Assembly (NCBI GenBank): GCA_902386555.1
Contig: CABMJJ010000003.1
Location: forward strand, 32,939 to 96,938
Origin: Candidatus Bilamarchaeum dharawalense
Lineage (GTDB): Archaea > Micrarchaeota > Micrarchaeia > Anstonellales > Bilamarchaeaceae
Length of the DNA stretch: 64,000 nt
Reading direction: 5' to 3'
The translations under genes and the position numbers were made by a program. Shown in pieces: positions 58,991 to 64,000 of the stretch (position 1 is its first letter; each line of letters opens with the position of its first letter). The notes under the pieces were generated by a model. It worked only from the letters and a program-made list of their open reading frames with translations. It did no database searches and had not been told where the DNA came from.

Positions 58991-61220
58991 AGCCCAAGCC
59001 AGTGTAGAGTTTTTGATACTTCTTGCAGCCACATTACTAATAATAACAATTGTGGTGATGATGTCCCAGGGCCAGGTCACCAGCGTACAAAATATAAAAG
59101 ACCAAACAGATGCACAAAATTCTCTTCTTGATTTGAGTTCAGCTGCAAAGGAAGTGTACGCCCAGGGTGAAGGTTCCAAGAAGCATGTTTACATACAATT
59201 ACCAAGTAGCTACGAACCAACCAATTCTTCTGTTGGCAATAGAACCATAAGAATAAGAGCTGCTGGGACCGACCATGTTGCCATAGAAAATTTCAAAGTC
59301 CGCGGCTATCTTCCAGCTACCCCAGGTGGACATTGGGTGTGGGTGGTCTCTGAAGGCAACAGAGTGCGTATAGGAGATGCCATGATGGAGCTTGATAGAA
59401 ACAGAATTTTTATTGTAATGGAATGTAACACAACAACAACCACGTCCTTTTCTGTAAAAAATATATGGAGCAAAAATATCAATATTAGTACCATTACCGA
59501 GTGGACCAATGAGGACGTACCCATGAGTGGAGTACCATCTGCATTTTCTCTGAGCACCAATGACATACATACAATAGATTTACAGTTCGCAGCAGGCCCT
59601 GATTCAGGGGGAAGCTATTATGGACAAATAGAACTTAATGCAGTGGATGAAACTGGCAGTAGTGAGAGCGTAGATATACCAGTCACTGTGGAAGTAATTG
59701 CATGTGGACAACAACAACCAACCATAGATATTTTGGGGCCGTTTATCACCTGGATGTATCACGATCCAAGTCCTGCGATCAAATTACAACCACTTGTCAT
59801 GTTTGTTAATGCAAGTGATGTTCTTACTGGCAATCATTCAATCAAAGGCTGCCAGATTGATGCTGACAATGCAAACAATTGGACAAATATGTTACCCACA
59901 GACGGAGCCTATGACCAGACAATTGAACTGTCGCAATACAATTACACAAACGGTTTTGTTCTGGGACCACATATTATCAGAGCCAAATGCACAGATTCGT
60001 TGAATAACACCGGGCCGACAGCCTACTACTATTTCAATGTAAGTGAGATTGACATGCTCGGACCGATTATGATAAAGATGAATCACACCGAATGGCCAAC
60101 AACTCTTTCAAATATTTCCATTGCCGGAATTACAACCGATGCCTATACTGGAAATAACAACATACAGACTTGTAATGTAAAAATAGATTCTGGATTGTGG
60201 AACACTGCAATACCAGTAGATGGGGCCTGGGATTCACCAACAGAGAATTTGACCTATAATGTGGGACCACTGGGAGTGGGATATCATACAGCCTATTACC
60301 AGTGTACAGATTCTTTGGGAAACATTGGTGGGATTTACAATGACAGTTTTGGCATAGTTGATGTAGATATGATGATCGTACTAGACCGATCAGGTTCCAT
60401 GGATTGGAATGTTACCAATCAAACTAACAACAATATTGTTTCAGCCTCAAGCACTGGCTGGTCCTGGGTAAAAAATATGACCGTGGAACAAAAAAATGGA
60501 GATACAGCAAACCTTACCGTGGAGACACGAGCAAGTGCAAGTGGATGCACAGTATATTACAATGCAACAATTAACGGGGTCCAGGTTGCAACTGGCAGTA
60601 GAACATCAACATCCTATGGCAGTGCAACTACAGAGATCAATATTTCAAATTATGAACCACCATACACCGTTACATTATGGCTTAAGAAGGTCGGAAGCTC
60701 GTGTACCGTATATGACCGACTCCTTTCTGTTCAACAGCTACCAAAAAAGATGGATGCAGTTAAAGTTTCATCAAAAAGCTTCCTTGATATTGCAGGAAAC
60801 AATATCCTGGCTGGTCTTGTTTCCTACAGCACCAGTGCAACAACAGATAGAACACTTGCACTCATGGGCACATCCAACCAAACTGCATTGAAGAATTCCA
60901 TTGATGCACTAAGCCCTTACGGAAGTACGTGTATTGAGTGTGGATTGGATAATGCATGCGCTGAGCTGGTTTCGTCAAGGGCAAGACCATTGGCAAACAA
61001 AGTAGTAATATTACTTACAGATGGTGTAAGCAATGTTGGCGATTCGGTCAGCGGTGCAGTTTACTGCAGAGATAGAGACGTGGTTGTTTATACGATAGGG
61101 TTTGGTAATGATGTAAATGATGTTGAACTTACCAATATTGCCCTGCTTACTCATGGTGACTATTACTTTGCACCCAATGCACAAACTCTCACAGCCATAT
61201 TCAATAATATAGGTAGGTAA
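58974..61220 (+). CDS. Large modular prepilin-like protein (748 aa) with a C-terminal vWA domain
   Basis: Class III signal peptide MLQNSKAQ/ASVEFLILLAATLLIITIVVMM. Many N-x-S/T sequons. MIDAS-like VLDRSGSMD at about 60380, then LLTDG, TIGFG and FAPN... at the C-terminus. The start overlaps the upstream gene by 17 nt. Confidence 0.75.
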   Translation: MLQNSKAQASVEFLILLAATLLIITIVVMMSQGQVTSVQNIKDQTDAQNSLLDLSSAAKEVYAQGEGSKKHVYIQLPSSYEPTNSSVGNRTIRIRAAGTDHVAIENFKVRGYLPATPGGHWVWVVSEGNRVRIGDAMMELDRNRIFIVMECNTTTTTSFSVKNIWSKNINISTITEWTNEDVPMSGVPSAFSLSTNDIHTIDLQFAAGPDSGGSYYGQIELNAVDETGSSESVDIPVTVEVIACGQQQPTIDILGPFITWMYHDPSPAIKLQPLVMFVNASDVLTGNHSIKGCQIDADNANNWTNMLPTDGAYDQTIELSQYNYTNGFVLGPHIIRAKCTDSLNNTGPTAYYYFNVSEIDMLGPIMIKMNHTEWPTTLSNISIAGITTDAYTGNNNIQTCNVKIDSGLWNTAIPVDGAWDSPTENLTYNVGPLGVGYHTAYYQCTDSLGNIGGIYNDSFGIVDVDMMIVLDRSGSMDWNVTNQTNNNIVSASSTGWSWVKNMTVEQKNGDTANLTVETRASASGCTVYYNATINGVQVATGSRTSTSYGSATTEINISNYEPPYTVTLWLKKVGSSCTVYDRLLSVQQLPKKMDAVKVSSKSFLDIAGNNILAGLVSYSTSATTDRTLALMGTSNQTALKNSIDALSPYGSTCIECGLDNACAELVSSRARPLANKVVILLTDGVSNVGDSVSGAVYCRDRDVVVYTIGFGNDVNDVELTNIALLTHGDYYFAPNAQTLTAIFNNIGR

Positions 61221-61222
61221 TT

Positions 61223-61606
61223 ATGAGAGCACAACTGTCCTCAGAATTCATGATTGTGTACTCAGCCCTGCTTATGATATTTCTTGTGGTGTTTGTCATA
61301 TATTTTGGAGGTAGCACCAATCTCTTTCAGGCTCAGGATAGTGTGATTGCGCTTCGTAATGCTCAGGCAGTTGCAGCAGCAGTGAACTATGTTTATCTTG
61401 CAGGTGATGGTGCCAGTTATAATATGGCACTGTCGCACATGGCAAATGATGAGAATATTTCCATATCAGATTACTCAATAACATCCATGAGACCAGATTC
61501 TTCAGCAAGTGCACCTATACTTACGGCAAATGTAAATGAAACTACCCTAACCCGCGGAGATATTGTCATAACTAATAATAGGGGTGAGATCGATATTGAA
61601 CAATAA
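61223..61606 (+). CDS. Prepilin-like protein (class III signal peptide)
   Basis: MRAQLSSEFMIVYSALLMIFLVVFVIYF. Confidence 0.6.
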   Translation: MRAQLSSEFMIVYSALLMIFLVVFVIYFGGSTNLFQAQDSVIALRNAQAVAAAVNYVYLAGDGASYNMALSHMANDENISISDYSITSMRPDSSASAPILTANVNETTLTRGDIVITNNRGEIDIEQ

Positions 61607-62114
61607 TCGCAAATGCCTTCGTGGGCAAATTTGGACAGTTGATTTTATCACAGGGTTAGTTGCACTATCGTTTATACTCATGCTTTATTTGATTATGTGG
61701 AACACCATTGCCATAAGATGGGGATGGGCAGGCAAACAAACATCGATGGAAGCAAGTGCCTATTTTGCATCTGAATCTCTTTTGGCAACATCAGGAGAAC
61801 CGGAAAGTTGGGAAATGCTTCCACATATCGATGAGAATGTAAGTGCCATTGGACTGGTCAATGGACGTAATGAACTTAATAAAATGAAATTGGAAAAATT
61901 TGTAGCGGAAAATGCAACTGCCTATTCCACCATCAAAGCACGGTTAGGTATGCAACGCTATGAATTTGGAATGCGCATTACAGATATTGGAGATAATACG
62001 GTATATTACGAATTTGGAAAATTTTCTGCACTCAACAATTCATTGAATTTTGATAGACTGGCTATTTTAGACGGAGAACCGGTTATTGTTCACATGGAGG
62101 TTTGGGGCGGATGA
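61584..62114 (+). CDS. Prepilin-like protein
   Basis: ..KCLRGQIWTVDFITGLVALSFILMLYLIMW. GTG start overlapping the upstream gene. Confidence 0.55.
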   Translation: MRSILNNNRKCLRGQIWTVDFITGLVALSFILMLYLIMWNTIAIRWGWAGKQTSMEASAYFASESLLATSGEPESWEMLPHIDENVSAIGLVNGRNELNKMKLEKFVAENATAYSTIKARLGMQRYEFGMRITDIGDNTVYYEFGKFSALNNSLNFDRLAILDGEPVIVHMEVWGG

Positions 62115-62518
62115 AAGGATTTATCATAAATCTGGATGCCGCAGTGGCAGTATCCTTTATCCTATTTGCAATGATAATAATTGCAAGTCAAAGCTATAAC
62201 CCACGGGCGCCAACGGGAATTTATCTAAAGCAGCTGACATTGGATACCATAACAGTTCTGGAAAAAACAGGAAGATTGGAACAGGCACTTGACGGGAACA
62301 GTAGTGCACTCAATGAAGTTGTTGAAGCAACCCCGAAGCTTGCCTGCATAAGCCTTACCGTAAGTGATATTAAAGGAAATGTGATGACCACCACAACAAA
62401 AAGCGATTGCACTGACCACAGTGATTTGAATATACAGGTAACTGCAAGACCAATTATTTACAATGGAACAAGCTATGTGATCACATCAGAATCGTGGCTA
62501 AGAAAGGAGCCAAATTAG
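62111..62518 (+). CDS. Prepilin-like protein
   Basis: MKGFIINLDAAVAVSFILFAMIIIA. ATGA start/stop overlap with the upstream gene. Confidence 0.55.
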   Translation: MKGFIINLDAAVAVSFILFAMIIIASQSYNPRAPTGIYLKQLTLDTITVLEKTGRLEQALDGNSSALNEVVEATPKLACISLTVSDIKGNVMTTTTKSDCTDHSDLNIQVTARPIIYNGTSYVITSESWLRKEPN

Positions 62519-62527
62519 GAGGAGAAA

Positions 62528-63358
62528 ATGCGCGGTTTTGTGATAACCATTTTGTCTGTGAGCCTGATCATGATATTGGTCATGCTTGCCATGTCATTTC
62601 GCAATGCCCAGCTTAGCACAGAACGGGCACTCATGGAACCATTGCCCATGATTTATGCAGCGTTTTTGTTGGATGATATTGCCTATGAATTAAATTCCAT
62701 CATTGGCCCGGATTTATATTTAGATGAAAGAAATGACAGCATGATAATAACAATTAAAGACAAACTCGAAAGCTACAATTATTCTCCAGAACTCCTTGCC
62801 TATGAACCACTTTTAACAGGTGAGATAGCAGACAGAACTGCAAGTGAAATTAGTGCAAATTTCAGCAATCTAACAGACGGAGAGATCACATTATTCATAA
62901 ATGACGATTATAGCTACACCAATAACCATATCACCAACGAATCCATATTTACTAGAGACGGAAGCACCGGAGTCGCTGCCTACGAAATTAATTTCACCAT
63001 AACAGCAGTTCGGACAAACGTTACACACATGGCATTTGATGATAATGGTTCTGTGAATGTTACAATAATTTATACAGATTTGAACAGCACAGAAACAGAA
63101 CAGGGAAAAATTTTACCAGATCGGGTGAACACCTTCAAAGTGGATTATGTTGGAGGTGGGAGCATGACTGTGATAATTGGATTGAAAAGCGGTAACAGTG
63201 GATCTCTTTCGATGAAATCAACGGGTATTGGAGCTGAGATCGCATGGACTGCCACCCTGCCCAGACTAAACGCAACAAAAAGACTGGGATATGAATATGA
63301 TGCAACAATAGATTACACGCAGGGACCAGTAAGGATATCAAAAAGGATTGGGAAATAA
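62528..63358 (+). CDS. Prepilin-like protein
   Basis: MRGFVITILSVSLIMILVMLAM, preceded by a strong AGGAGG. Many N-x-S/T sequons. Confidence 0.55.
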   Translation: MRGFVITILSVSLIMILVMLAMSFRNAQLSTERALMEPLPMIYAAFLLDDIAYELNSIIGPDLYLDERNDSMIITIKDKLESYNYSPELLAYEPLLTGEIADRTASEISANFSNLTDGEITLFINDDYSYTNNHITNESIFTRDGSTGVAAYEINFTITAVRTNVTHMAFDDNGSVNVTIIYTDLNSTETEQGKILPDRVNTFKVDYVGGGSMTVIIGLKSGNSGSLSMKSTGIGAEIAWTATLPRLNATKRLGYEYDATIDYTQGPVRISKRIGK

Positions 63359-63385
63359 TTAAAACCTAGCAGGAGATGGAATGAT

Positions 63386-64000
63386 ATGATCATCACCACG
63401 ATAATAGACAAAATGGTTGAGATCGTCCAGAAAAATAAGAAGATGGACTTTAAAAAAATTGCAAAGGAACTTTCCTGGGATGAGGAATCCGTAGAAAAGA
63501 TTGCACTTTTATTTCACAAAGCAGGACTGGGAATGGTTCATTACCCGGTGAATATGGTTGAACAGCCATGGATAACAATACTGTCCACAGTGCCACCAGA
63601 ATCAAAACATGAAGAAGGAAAAAAAGTAGATGAGTACGTTGTTCCGGCCACTGGAAATCATACCAGCGAATCGGTTTGGATACTGCAATCAGAAAGTGAA
63701 CGCAGACCCCTGTACAGCATCAGAAGACCAAGAGTCAGCCCCTATACCAGAGTGTATATTGAATACTTGAAAACAGATATTGCAAAAGATCTTCCAATTG
63801 AAACTAGTTTTAGCGAGGAGGGGGCAACTGAAAAATTTCATTTAAGAAGGGAAATGATAAAAGAAAGAATAAAAAAAGACTTGAACCCAAAAGCGGATTT
63901 CCTAGAACTTATTTCTGATCTTATAGTAAACGAGATGTACGGTCTTGGAGAACTGGAATTGCTAATAGGAGATGCAAGACTAGAAGAGATAGTTGTCAAT
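63386..64000 (+). CDS. N-terminal part of a PilB/ArlI(FlaI)-type secretion ATPase; runs off the right edge
   Basis: Not in the ORF track because there is no stop in the window. I translated by hand from ATG 63386 and the frame is open to 64000. It ends ...NEMYGLGELELLIGDARLEEIVVN, the motif that precedes the ATPase core in archaeal GspE/VirB11-family ATPases. Confidence 0.6.
   Translation, partial: MIITTIIDKMVEIVQKNKKMDFKKIAKELSWDEESVEKIALLFHKAGLGMVHYPVNMVEQPWITILSTVPPESKHEEGKKVDEYVVPATGNHTSESVWILQSESERRPLYSIRRPRVSPYTRVYIEYLKTDIAKDLPIETSFSEEGATEKFHLRREMIKERIKKDLNPKADFLELISDLIVNEMYGLGELELLIGDARLEEIVVN

Overview
Gene-dense archaeal chromosome segment with about 58 protein genes and 3 intron-containing tRNA genes. 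I saw no rRNA, CRISPR array, transposase, integrase or reverse transcriptase. All calls rest on by-eye motif recognition in the supplied ORF translations and the raw sequence; no searches were run. Archaeal identity is supported by aTrm56, PolD small subunit (DP1), aCPSF1/FttA, proteasome beta, geranylgeranyl reductase, archaeal-type HMG-CoA synthase, tRNA-splicing endonuclease, class III (prepilin-like) signal peptides and intron-split tRNAs. Tight spacing, overlapping gene ends, patchy metabolism and giant ORFs suggest a small-genome DPANN-like lineage (inference). Main points: (1) Bases 1-17737, about 28% of the window, form one co-directional array. It holds a partial ORF, a small Lys-rich ORF, a 3186-aa ORF, a 717-aa SGNH-hydrolase fusion and a 1656-aa ORF whose C-terminal third looks like a beta-barrel ending in Phe. 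Only the SGNH core is recognisable. This is my best candidate for an undescribed envelope or host-contact system. (2) All three tRNA genes are disrupted: tRNA-Arg(CCU) by 2 introns, tRNA-Arg(UCU) by 1, and tRNA-Ile(UAU) by insertions in the D-loop, anticodon loop and T-loop. The two Arg introns share a 73-nt identical structured core. A tRNA-splicing endonuclease with an unusual three-unit layout lies in the same window. (3) A type IV pilus-like operon at 58274-64000 encodes a KaiC/ArlH-like ATPase with a degenerate P-loop, five prepilin-like proteins (one a 748-aa modular pilin with an interrupted vWA domain) and the start of a PilB/ArlI-type ATPase. (4) Smaller oddities include two tandem about 27-aa hyper-acidic micro-ORFs, a duplicated hairpin/TATA/leader cassette in front of two unrelated genes, a repeated two-hairpin intergenic element, and an argH-argG-amidinotransferase operon.
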